Below, one piece after another: positions 17,724 to 26,268 of a stretch of 64,000 nucleotides of DNA (positions within the stretch are counted from its first letter, which is position 1; every line of letters starts with the position of its first letter). The DNA comes from Candidatus Undinarchaeota archaeon. GTDB lineage: Archaea > SpSt-1190 > JASMDC01. The translations under genes were made by a program, and so were the position numbers. The stretch is taken from assembly GCA_964519305.1 (NCBI GenBank), contig CAZFHY010000006.1, positions 1-64,000 on the forward strand. The letters run 5' to 3'. The notes under the pieces were generated by a model. It ran no database searches. It was not told the origin of the DNA and saw only the letters and a program-made list of their open reading frames with translations.

Positions 17724-19817
17724 CTACGGTACCACGAACTCGGTCATCTTGGTCCCCGCCACGTCGCCGAAGTTCTCGGCGTTACGCATCCGCACATGCG
17801 ATCCGACGACCTTGCTGTACACGGTGGTGTACAGGTCCGAGATGTAGATGTTCTGGTTGCGCGACACCGTCATGATCACGTTGTGCGTGAAGTCGTCGGC
17901 CAACCACGCCTTCACCTCGCCGTCATAGTTGGCGCCGAACGACTGCTCGTTCAAAGCCGCACCGGTGAAGTACAGCACGCCGGGCGTGTCGATCCTGAGC
18001 CCGACGCTCTCGCCGAAGCACACCTCTACCATGATGAACATCTTGCGGAACCGTCCCCGCTTGTGCATGGTGTCGGTGATCTCAGCGATCTCTGTCGCCG
18101 AGAGAGGTCCCCCGTGGTCGAAGGGGATGGCGCCGGGCATGCCGTGGTCCACTATGAACAGGAACACGTTGCTCGACTCGTCGCTCTCCACCACCACTGG
18201 CGTCGCCTCGCTCTTCTCGCCGAGCAGCACCGCCCTGAGGTTCTCTACTGTGACCTGCTCGCCCACGTAGTCCACCGTCACGTCCTTGCGCACGTTGGGG
18301 CCCAGCGGGATGTGCCGGACAACGCCCTGCAGCGGGTTCTCGGAAAGGTACGGGATGTCGTCGATCAAAAAGAGGATGATGCGGTCGTCGGGCACGCCGT
18401 TGCTGCGCAACAGCCGGTACATGGCCAGGGCGTCGGCCTGGTGCCGGTAGTTCTTCCAGTCCTTGCTGGTGGCGATGATCACGGTCCACAGGTCGCCCCG
18501 GGCGCCCACCGACGGGCCAGCGGTCGTGCCGTCGAACACCGAGGCAGTTTCCATGCTGGTCCCGGCCAGGGCCATGGACGCTTTGTTGCTCCCGCCGAGC
18601 ACGTCGCCCGAGCTGAGCGTCGCTGCCGTGTGGAACGCGCCGTCGGTAACCTCCCACCGGGCGTAGAAGGCGCCCAAGGGCTCCACACCATGGAGCCGGT
18701 CGAAGGTCAGCGGCCCCGAGGCGCCGGCGATGTCGGGACGTCCGCCATCGACGATCAGAGAGATACCCTCGGTCACCTGGTCCCAGCCGACATGACGGCC
18801 CCGTCCGGCGAGCACGGTCCGCAACGAGTCCTCGGGCCATTCCCAGCCCCGCTTGTGCTGGTGGCGGGCCAGGGCGTACACCGACATGAGGAACGCGTCG
18901 TAGGTGGCGGCGCCATAGGTGTTCGGCTCCTCACCGAACTTCTCGAGGTACGCCTCGGCGAAACCCGCCGTCGGGTCCATGGCGGGCGCAGTGCCCTCCA
19001 GTCCGTTGGCGGCGTCACCCAGCGTCTCGACAAGGTGCGGTGCCTGGGCCGCGTCGGCGAAGAACGGACGGACGTCGCTGCCGGTGGCGGCGAGGTCGGC
19101 GGCTATGGTCGCCGCCTCCCCGGGCAGCGCCACGATCAGCAGGTACTCAGGATCGCCCGCGGTCGCCGTGGCGATCTCGGTGGCATAGCTGTCCTGCCCG
19201 CGTTCGAACGATGACATGCCCGTGAAGTTCACACCCATCTCCAGGGCGAAGAACGGCGTCCAGTCAAGGAACGTCTTGCCGTACCCGGTGTCCTCGTACA
19301 ACAGGCCGATCCGCTCGACACCCCGCAGCTTCAGGATGTGGAGCATGGTCTTGATCTGGGCCACGTCCCCCACGCACGTTCGCCAGAAGTACTTCTTGCG
19401 GCCGAACGCACGGCCCAGGTCGGCCGACGTCGCAGTGGGCGTGATCAGCAGCTTGCGGTGCCGGACGAAAAGAGGTGCCAGGTCGAACGACTCGTCACTG
19501 GTCACCGGGCCGATAACGACCTTTATGTCGTCATCAGCGAGCATCTCACCCGCCAGCGTTCGCAGATCGCCGACGGCAAGGTCGCGGTACACCAGCTCCA
19601 CCGGCCGCCCGCCGATGCCGCCAGCGTCGTTCACCATGGCCACACCCCAGTCCAGTGTCTTGTCGAGGCCCATGTCGATGGGCCCGGTGAGATGGAGCAG
19701 CACGCCGATCCGGTACGGTCGCGCGTCACGGAACCGGAGGTACCCCAGGCCTGCCGAGACAACGATGATCGTGATGGTCAGGTAGAGCAGTGCCCGGTGT
19801 CGCCGGTCGCGTGCCAT
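17724..19817 (-). CDS. Membrane-anchored branched-chain-amino-acid-type solute-binding domain fused to a C13 (legumain/GPI8) cysteine peptidase
   Basis: VNDAGGIGGRPVELV binding domain; WKNYRHQAD, IVDHG, VEVCFGES catalytic His/Cys motifs. Confidence 0.88.
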   Translation of the reverse strand: MARDRRHRALLYLTITIIVVSAGLGYLRFRDARPYRIGVLLHLTGPIDMGLDKTLDWGVAMVNDAGGIGGRPVELVYRDLAVGDLRTLAGEMLADDDIKVVIGPVTSDESFDLAPLFVRHRKLLITPTATSADLGRAFGRKKYFWRTCVGDVAQIKTMLHILKLRGVERIGLLYEDTGYGKTFLDWTPFFALEMGVNFTGMSSFERGQDSYATEIATATAGDPEYLLIVALPGEAATIAADLAATGSDVRPFFADAAQAPHLVETLGDAANGLEGTAPAMDPTAGFAEAYLEKFGEEPNTYGAATYDAFLMSVYALARHQHKRGWEWPEDSLRTVLAGRGRHVGWDQVTEGISLIVDGGRPDIAGASGPLTFDRLHGVEPLGAFYARWEVTDGAFHTAATLSSGDVLGGSNKASMALAGTSMETASVFDGTTAGPSVGARGDLWTVIIATSKDWKNYRHQADALAMYRLLRSNGVPDDRIILFLIDDIPYLSENPLQGVVRHIPLGPNVRKDVTVDYVGEQVTVENLRAVLLGEKSEATPVVVESDESSNVFLFIVDHGMPGAIPFDHGGPLSATEIAEITDTMHKRGRFRKMFIMVEVCFGESVGLRIDTPGVLYFTGAALNEQSFGANYDGEVKAWLADDFTHNVIMTVSRNQNIYISDLYTTVYSKVVGSHVRMRNAENFGDVAGTKMTEFVVP

Positions 19818-19820
19818 GGT

Positions 19821-20990
19821 TCAGTCCTTCTTCTCCTTGTCGCCGCCGTACCCGCGGCCGTAGGCGCCGCGGCGGGCCATCCGGGCCATCTTGGCGGCCT
19901 CCTGGACGCCCATCACCTGCTTGCCCAGTTCGTATGAGGTGAACCCGGCCACAAGTACCGACAGCACCACCATCGCGGCGATTCCGTACATGAGCGTATC
20001 GGCTGTTGTGAAGTCGTCGTAGTACGCCGACACCCAGATAACCCACTCCCAGTCCTCGAACCACGTGACCGCGGCGATCTTCAGCCGTGCCTCCTTCTCG
20101 CCGGGATTCTTCCAGGGGTAGGTTATGAAGTCCACGCCGTGGCCCGCGTCCCGGGCCTTGCGCACGCCCTCCTGGATGAAGTGGTTACCGGCAGTGTCCT
20201 GCGACATGGATATGTCCTCGCCGTCGCGGACCCGGTCCTTGGAGACGATGTACCTGCCGTCCTTGGAGATGATGGCGATGTACCCGCTTCGGCCGATCAC
20301 CTGCCGGGCGATGAGGTCCTTCACCTCTTCCTGCACCCGGCGGCGGTAGTCCATATCGACCACGTCGTCGTAGTACGCACCGACACCGACGACCCAGCCC
20401 GGGCCCGGGAAGTGGAGCATGGCGGCCAGCTTCTCCCGCGGCACGGTCTCGCCGGGATTGAGCCACAAGTACGAGTGGTAGCCGATATCGCCGTCGCCCA
20501 GGGTGCGACCGATACCCACGAGGTCCTGGATGACGAGGTTCCCGTCGGAGTCCACGGTCGCCCAGATGTTCTCGCCATCCCGCGTCCTGCGCTTGGAGAG
20601 GACGTAGTTGCCGTCGTAGTCGAGGATCCACACGTACCCGGTCCGGCCCACGGTATGGCGGGCCAGTCGGTCCAGCAGGTCCTCACGCTCGTCGTCGGGG
20701 AGGGTGCCGTTGTGCTCGTCGAGCATGAGGTCGATGAGCTCGTACACGTACTTGACCTGCTCGGTGATGATCCCCTTGGCAAGTATCTTGGCATCCTCTT
20801 CCTGGTGCCGTATGTTATGGTCATAGGCCTCGAGGAGTATGCGCCAGTCGATGGCCCGGTCCATGAGACGTTCCTGGACGCTGTGGTCCACGACGTCGTT
20901 CACCGTGCCGTAGGCGGTGTAGCCGATGATGAGCCCGGGGCCGGCGACGGCCAGCACCACGAGCAGTACGAGCTCCGTGCGGATCTCCAT
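19821..20990 (-). CDS. Cache-domain membrane sensor without a cytoplasmic output domain
   Basis: Two TM helices flanking repeated G..GY.WI.D..G.Y...Y.W.NPGE...K...W.W.. Cache_2-like units; short basic tail. Confidence 0.82.
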   Translation of the reverse strand: MEIRTELVLLVVLAVAGPGLIIGYTAYGTVNDVVDHSVQERLMDRAIDWRILLEAYDHNIRHQEEDAKILAKGIITEQVKYVYELIDLMLDEHNGTLPDDEREDLLDRLARHTVGRTGYVWILDYDGNYVLSKRRTRDGENIWATVDSDGNLVIQDLVGIGRTLGDGDIGYHSYLWLNPGETVPREKLAAMLHFPGPGWVVGVGAYYDDVVDMDYRRRVQEEVKDLIARQVIGRSGYIAIISKDGRYIVSKDRVRDGEDISMSQDTAGNHFIQEGVRKARDAGHGVDFITYPWKNPGEKEARLKIAAVTWFEDWEWVIWVSAYYDDFTTADTLMYGIAAMVVLSVLVAGFTSYELGKQVMGVQEAAKMARMARRGAYGRGYGGDKEKKD

Positions 20991-21083
20991 GATGGGATGT
21001 CTAGAAATACGCGAGCTATAAATGGTTTAGCGCAACGGCCGCCCGGGCGAGGGCATTTAAAGTTATTCCACTGAGAGGGTGCC

Positions 21084-21329
21084 ATGGCCGAGAAGAAGAA
21101 GGCTGAGAAGAAGGAAAAGGTCGAGGAGAAAGAGGAGAAGATCGAGAAGAAGGAGAAGGTGGACGTCGTGGAGGCCGCTCCCGAAGAGGAAGGGCTCACC
21201 GAGGGCGACAGGAAGCTCCTGTACGCCATCCTTGCGATCTCGCTGCTCTCGCTGCTCATCAGCCTCTACGTGATGTACACTCTCCAGAACCCGCCCGTTG
21301 CCGCGCTCACACCGCCGGCCAACTGGTAA
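21084..21329 (+). CDS. Small single-TM PAN-motif protein 1 (K/E-rich N-terminus)
   Basis: DRKLLYAILAISLLSLLISLYVMYTLQ...PPANW. Confidence 0.8.
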   Translation: MAEKKKAEKKEKVEEKEEKIEKKEKVDVVEAAPEEEGLTEGDRKLLYAILAISLLSLLISLYVMYTLQNPPVAALTPPANW

Positions 21330-21333
21330 GGAC

Positions 21334-21465
21334 GTGGACGACCGCAGGCTCCTGCACGCCATCCTGGCGATCAGCCTGCTCTCGCTGCTGGTCAGCCTGT
21401 ACGTGCTGTACACGCTCAAGAGCGGGCAGGGAGTGGCGATAGCGCTGCCAGCGAACATGGCCTGA
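21334..21465 (+). CDS. Small single-TM PAN-motif protein 2 (43 aa, not in ORF track)
   Basis: GTG start; MDDRRLLHAILAISLLSLLVSLYVLYTLKSGQGVAIALPANMA. Confidence 0.75.
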   Translation: MDDRRLLHAILAISLLSLLVSLYVLYTLKSGQGVAIALPANMA

Positions 21466-21481
21466 TTAGCGTTGTGAATAC

Positions 21482-21625
21482 ATGAAAGACCGCAAGCTCC
21501 TGCACGCCATCCTGGCGATCAGCCTGCTCTCGCTCCTGGTCGGCCTTTACGTGCTGTACACGCTCAAGACCGGGCAGGTCGCGGAGCTCGTGCCCCCGGC
21601 GAATCCCTGGAACAAATTTCATTAA
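21482..21625 (+). CDS. Small single-TM PAN-motif protein 3 (47 aa, not in ORF track)
   Basis: MKDRKLLHAILAISLLSLLVGLYVLYTLKTGQVAELVPPANPWNKFH. Confidence 0.78.
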   Translation: MKDRKLLHAILAISLLSLLVGLYVLYTLKTGQVAELVPPANPWNKFH

Positions 21626-21645
21626 GTCCTTCTAAGGGAGCCCGG

Positions 21646-21725
21646 CCTACAGCCGCTTCTTGGCGCCCTTGGCGATGGAAAGGAGCATGGACAGCTCCAC
21701 GCTCATGTTGAGCAGCGCGCACAGG
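21646..21725. repeat. 80-bp direct repeat of 22788-22867 (3' end of a CDP-alcohol phosphotransferase gene)
   Basis: 79/80 identical by direct comparison. Confidence 0.95.
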
Positions 21726-21738
21726 ACTAGAGTACGGT

Positions 21739-22176
21739 CTATGGCTCCAGCGCCTTCTCGACCAAGGGACCGAGTTCGCTCATGGCAGTCTCGAGGGGGC
21801 GGATGGTGACCTTGGCGACCTCTAGGTCCAGGCGCTTTCCATAGTAGACGAGCGCGTTCCGCTTGTACCTCCCGTCGTCGAACGCCCGGAACAGATCGTC
21901 CCGATCCAGGACATCCCGCAGGTAGTACCCGAGACAGAGGTGGTTGGCCACGTTGAATCCCTTGGCGACGACAAGGGCGTGGACGGTCTCCAACAGGGAC
22001 GTGTAGTACCCCTCGAACACAAAGCTGATGGTGTCCCGTGTCATCGGCCTCGTCGTAACGAACGCCACGCGCGCTCGTGCCGTCTCGAGAAGTGAGCGTG
22101 CCTTCTGTGCATCCGGTGTCACCCGCCGCGATGTTGCCTGGCCGATACAGTCGTCCCATGTCGACGGCCGCATCAT
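21739..22176 (-). CDS. HEPN-domain protein
   Basis: GYYTSLLETVHAL...NHLCLGYYL...RYKRNALVYYG. Confidence 0.82.
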   Translation of the reverse strand: MMRPSTWDDCIGQATSRRVTPDAQKARSLLETARARVAFVTTRPMTRDTISFVFEGYYTSLLETVHALVVAKGFNVANHLCLGYYLRDVLDRDDLFRAFDDGRYKRNALVYYGKRLDLEVAKVTIRPLETAMSELGPLVEKALEP

Positions 22177-22703
22177 AGCACCTCCATGAATCCGTTGAGA
22201 GTGATGCCATTGATGATATTGTTGGCAAGGCGCTCGTTCTCCACGGACCGGAGGTTCGCATACACGAAGGGTTGGATCCTACGACCCAGTCGTTCCTCGA
22301 AAGACGTCAGGTCACTGATGTTCTTATGAGGTGTCTCGACATAGAGGTCGATATCGCTGGTCTCGATGTCCTCTCCGCGCGCATAGGAGCCGAACACTAC
22401 CAGTGTCGGATTGTCGTACATGTGACGGAGGTGCTCGGTCAGTCCAGATTCATGAAGTGAGCGGAGGTTGTACAACGACTTTCCCAGCAGATAGCTCTTG
22501 GACGTCCTGTCGGCGATGAAGAAGGTGGTGTTCCCGATGATCTCCTTCCCGAGGAACCCCTCGTCCACCAGTTCGCCCGTATAGCGGATGACTGACGGTA
22601 GCGCGAGCCCGAGCTCCCGCTCCAGCTGACGGACGCGGTACCTTCCGGTGGGATTCTGGAAGAAGTGCTCGAGTAGACGCTGCTTGACGTTCCGCTGCCG
22701 CAT
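22173..22703 (-). CDS. wHTH + minimal nucleotidyltransferase antitoxin
   Basis: YRVRQLERELGL; VFGSYARGEDIETSDIDL. Confidence 0.88.
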   Translation of the reverse strand: MRQRNVKQRLLEHFFQNPTGRYRVRQLERELGLALPSVIRYTGELVDEGFLGKEIIGNTTFFIADRTSKSYLLGKSLYNLRSLHESGLTEHLRHMYDNPTLVVFGSYARGEDIETSDIDLYVETPHKNISDLTSFEERLGRRIQPFVYANLRSVENERLANNIINGITLNGFMEVL

Positions 22704-22788
22704 ATGATAACATAAAGTATCAACTGATATTAAAAGTTATCGTACCTCGCCCGGGAGTATCTGGTGTATGTACTAGGGAATATGACAC

Positions 22789-23442
22789 CTACAGCCGCTT
22801 CTTGGCACCCTTGGCGATGGAAAGGAGCATGGACAGCTCCACGCTCATGTTGAGCAGCGCGCACAGGGCCACGGCGCCCACCGCCTCCGGGGTGTAGCCG
22901 GCGAGCAGTCCGAGCACCACGAGCTCGCGCCGGGGAGTCCGCGTCACGTCGAAGCCCTCGATACCCAGCGCCTTCCCGTGCACCCGGTTGAACACGATGA
23001 GCGTGCCCGCGAACAGAGCGGTGATGCACATCTCCGGTGACGCCATGTTGGCCGCAGCGACGGCGCCCAGGAGGAGGAACTCGCTCATCCGGTCCACTGC
23101 GAAGTCCAGGATCGCACCGCGCTCGGTCTCCTGGTGCTTTGCCCGGGCCAGAAGGCCGTCGAGCCCGTCGAACACCGTCGCGATCACGAACAGCACGCCG
23201 CCCAGGATGGGTCGCTGGTCCCAGATGAAGTACGCGCCCATCACCGACGCCCACAGGTCGATGAGCGTTGCGCCGTTGGGGGAGAGGGGGATGCGTTCCA
23301 CGAATCCGCCGAACCTGATCAGGGTGTCCTGCTTGATGGCGCCTAGCGTGGCCCTGCTGCCGCCGCGAAGGAGGTACAGGGGCACCCAGAACAGTCCGGT
23401 CGTGCAGAACAGGCCCAGTACGAGATCATCCAATGGTCTCAC
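22789..23442 (-). CDS. CDP-alcohol phosphatidyltransferase family
   Basis: DGLDGLLAR...GAILDFAVDR signature. Confidence 0.9.
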   Translation of the reverse strand: MRPLDDLVLGLFCTTGLFWVPLYLLRGGSRATLGAIKQDTLIRFGGFVERIPLSPNGATLIDLWASVMGAYFIWDQRPILGGVLFVIATVFDGLDGLLARAKHQETERGAILDFAVDRMSEFLLLGAVAAANMASPEMCITALFAGTLIVFNRVHGKALGIEGFDVTRTPRRELVVLGLLAGYTPEAVGAVALCALLNMSVELSMLLSIAKGAKKRL

Positions 23443-24160
23443 CCGTCAACCAGTAGCGCGTGTTCACCCGCAGCTTGGTGACCCACTCGTTCATATAACT
23501 GAGCACTCCGATGCGCCGGGTACGCAGCTCGAACCGGCCCTTGCGCACGGCCTCGAGAACGTCGTCGGTCGAACCGACATCGTCCTCGCTGAACAGCGTT
23601 ACACCGAGGGCCAGCTGGTCGAGCAGGTGAGCGTCGCTGCCGGCCACACCCGGTAGCCCGGCCTTGCGTGCCAGGCGTGCCGCGGCTGAGTTGATCGGCG
23701 GGATCAGAGCGCAGTGCGAGTTGTAGACCTCCACTGCGTCGAACGGTACGGACAATGGCGCCCAGAGCACGCTGGCGCCCCAGAATCCCGCGTAAGGATG
23801 CGCCGCGATGGCGATGCCGCCCTCGTCGTGCACCTTGTCCACGAGCTCGGCGGGCGACAGCCGGCCGGCGTTCTCGATGGTCTCGGCAACACCGAGCACG
23901 ACCACATCGCCGTGCGAGCATCGGGACTCCTGTGCGGGGAGCGCGAGCATGTCGATGCCCTTGTCCTTCACGACCCTGGCGGCCTGCTGACTGCCCGCGG
24001 CGCTGTTGTGGTCGGCGATGGCAAGCCCGCGCAGCCCCCGCCGCGACGACTCGGCCACGATCTCGGGGACGGTGGGGAACCCGTCGTACTTCCACATCCG
24101 GATGCCGGAGTAGCACGAGTGGACGTGAAGGTCGAACGGGACCGTGTACTCTTCACCCAT
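23426..24160 (-). CDS. PHP-domain metal-dependent phosphoesterase
   Basis: DLHVHS, AIADHN, AAHPY, GSDAH. Confidence 0.9.
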   Translation of the reverse strand: MGEEYTVPFDLHVHSCYSGIRMWKYDGFPTVPEIVAESSRRGLRGLAIADHNSAAGSQQAARVVKDKGIDMLALPAQESRCSHGDVVVLGVAETIENAGRLSPAELVDKVHDEGGIAIAAHPYAGFWGASVLWAPLSVPFDAVEVYNSHCALIPPINSAAARLARKAGLPGVAGSDAHLLDQLALGVTLFSEDDVGSTDDVLEAVRKGRFELRTRRIGVLSYMNEWVTKLRVNTRYWLTGETIG

Positions 24161-25289
24161 CCAGAAGCCACCTCAGCGAGCGTGTGTACCCTGCAGCCCC
24201 TTCAACGGGGCAGGCGTTCCAGCATATGCCGCAGCACAGGCACTTAGAAGAGGTCACCTGTGGCGGCTTCCCATCCGTCAGGGCGTCGGCGGGGCATGCT
24301 TCCACGCAGTCGCCGCAACCGGTACATTTCCCGGTGAACCTCGGGTACTGGAGGATCAGCCCGCCAGTGTTCTTGTTGATGCGGCGCAGGTCGATACCGA
24401 ACCTGCGGACCATGAAGTACTGTACTCTGGTCCAGTACTGCTGGGTGAGGAGCATGGGAGTGATGAACCGCGCACGCGCGAAACGTCGCGGTTCGGGAGC
24501 GTCGCCCTCCACCGCGTACTCGAGCTGGCCCAGGCCCGCGTCGCGGGCGAGGACCAGGTGTCGCACGTCCTTCGGCTCGTACCCGGTGAGGCGGGCGATG
24601 AAGGCGTCGATCGCCACCGGATCAAGGCACGCGGCCACCGCGTCCAGCGGAACCGGGTCGCCCGTCATTGGTCCGTGGCCCTCTAGGCACGTGGTCATGT
24701 CCAGCACCGAAAGGTCCGGCCGGGCGGCCTGTGCGATGTCGACGATAGCCTCGTTCACACCGGAGAGGTGGGTGCGCCACTTCTCGGTGTCGGGGACGGT
24801 ACCGTGCATGTTCTTCACGGCGCCGGTGATGGTGGTGACGTTGTGGGTCTTTGCCACTGGGACGGAGATGACCGAGTCCACCTCATCGAGCAGGGACGTC
24901 AGGTGGACCGTGTCCAGTGTCTGGGGTCGGGGTACATCGTAGTCCTTGGCAGGGTACGTGTCCAGGTCGACCAGCCGAACGTCCAGCCTTTCTGCCAGCG
25001 CGTCCACGCCCAGGGCGGAGAACACGTCGGCCGTCCTGAAAGGTACGCCGCAGGATTCGCCTATCACTGGAGTAGCTCCAAGGGAGCGGACCACATCGAT
25101 GATGCCCTCCACTACCTCGAGGTTGGTGGTGACGCCGGTGGCGCTCACGGCCGGGCGTACGAGGTTGGGCTTCACGAGCACTACGTCGCCTTCGGCGACC
25201 ACTTCGCGCACGCCCGCGGCCTCCATGACCTCGCGCACCATGAATTGTACCGGACCGCCCTTGCGGACGCACACCGTAGGGATGGTCAC
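24153..25289 (-). CDS. DUF362 + 4Fe-4S dicluster protein
   Basis: VLVKPNL, KTH...TGAVKNM, CTGCGDCVEACP, CLCCGICWNACP; GTG start overlapping the upstream stop. Confidence 0.85.
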   Translation of the reverse strand: MTIPTVCVRKGGPVQFMVREVMEAAGVREVVAEGDVVLVKPNLVRPAVSATGVTTNLEVVEGIIDVVRSLGATPVIGESCGVPFRTADVFSALGVDALAERLDVRLVDLDTYPAKDYDVPRPQTLDTVHLTSLLDEVDSVISVPVAKTHNVTTITGAVKNMHGTVPDTEKWRTHLSGVNEAIVDIAQAARPDLSVLDMTTCLEGHGPMTGDPVPLDAVAACLDPVAIDAFIARLTGYEPKDVRHLVLARDAGLGQLEYAVEGDAPEPRRFARARFITPMLLTQQYWTRVQYFMVRRFGIDLRRINKNTGGLILQYPRFTGKCTGCGDCVEACPADALTDGKPPQVTSSKCLCCGICWNACPVEGAAGYTRSLRWLLDG

Positions 25290-25882
25290 GCGGCCAGCTC
25301 CTTGCGCAGGGTGTTGGCCTGGAGGGCCAGCAGTGCCACGCATGTGATGGTGAACGCGTAGAAGGCCAGGTCGAACCTGCCCAGGACCCAACCGAGCACG
25401 ACGACAGCGCGACCGCCGGTGGATTCCACGGTGTCGATACCCCAGTCGAGCTTGAACCGCAGGCGCACGTAGTCGATGAGCATGAACAGGAACAGCGCCG
25501 TCAGAGCGATGATGGGCTCCACGCGTTCGGTGGCGGCCAATGCTGCGAACAGAGCGTACACAGTCACCCGGTCCACAAGCCGGTCGAGCAGCGCACCGCT
25601 CTTGGAGGTGGTATCGGTCAGTCTTGCGAGCGAGCCGTCGAACCCGTCGAGCACCCATGAGAGGACGACCAGACCGATGGCCAGGTCGAGCTGGTCACTG
25701 GTCACGAGAACATGGACCGCGAGCAGAGTCACCAGTAGAGAGAGCAGTGTGACGATGTTGGGCGTGACGCCAAGACGGGCCAGCACCCGACAGAGGGGAG
25801 TGAGGTACGGATCGAAGAACGACTCGCGCAGTTCCTCGCCCCCACCCGGGGCACCCATGAGCTTGACGGCCAGATCAGCCAT
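25286..25882 (-). CDS. CDP-alcohol phosphatidyltransferase family
   Basis: TPNIVT, DGFDGSLAR...GALLDRLVDR. Confidence 0.9.
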   Translation of the reverse strand: MADLAVKLMGAPGGGEELRESFFDPYLTPLCRVLARLGVTPNIVTLLSLLVTLLAVHVLVTSDQLDLAIGLVVLSWVLDGFDGSLARLTDTTSKSGALLDRLVDRVTVYALFAALAATERVEPIIALTALFLFMLIDYVRLRFKLDWGIDTVESTGGRAVVVLGWVLGRFDLAFYAFTITCVALLALQANTLRKELAA

Positions 25883-26267
25883 TATCCACGCGGAACTTGT
25901 AGCCGTAATGGATGATGCCGGTCTTCCCGTCCTCGATGATCTTGCGGAAGGTCATGACCACCCTGTCACCGATCTTGATGGTCTCGGGATCGGTACCGAC
26001 GACCTGGGACGTGATCATGGGACCCTCGTCCAGCTTCACGACGGCCACGGCGTACGGTGCGTCCTTGCCAAAGCCCGCAGGGGCTACACGGACGACCGTG
26101 TTGGCGTACACCTTGCCCTTCCCCGAGAACGTGAAGTCCTCGATGTCGGTGGAGCCGCAGTCGCAGAAGATGGTCCGCGGGAAGTGGAGCTTGTTGCACT
26201 TCGCGCACTTGGAACCTGTCAGGTTGTACTTGCCGAACTTCTCTCTCCAGAGGCTTGCAACGCGCAT
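25875..26267 (-). CDS. DUF35 Zn-ribbon/OB-fold scaffold protein
   Basis: GSKCAKC..HFPR..CDC; IIHYGYKFR. Confidence 0.92.
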   Translation of the reverse strand: MRVASLWREKFGKYNLTGSKCAKCNKLHFPRTIFCDCGSTDIEDFTFSGKGKVYANTVVRVAPAGFGKDAPYAVAVVKLDEGPMITSQVVGTDPETIKIGDRVVMTFRKIIEDGKTGIIHYGYKFRVDNG

Positions 26268-26268
26268 T

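Noticed and set aside
17697-19214. Long antisense ORFs (e.g. 505 aa here, 2599..3504, 6011..6937, 38782..39861)
   Set aside because: Shadow ORFs opposite well-supported genes, expected in high-GC DNA
21647-22261. 204-aa ORF ending like the CDP-alcohol transferase
   Set aside because: Alternative frame over the HEPN gene running into the 80-bp duplication
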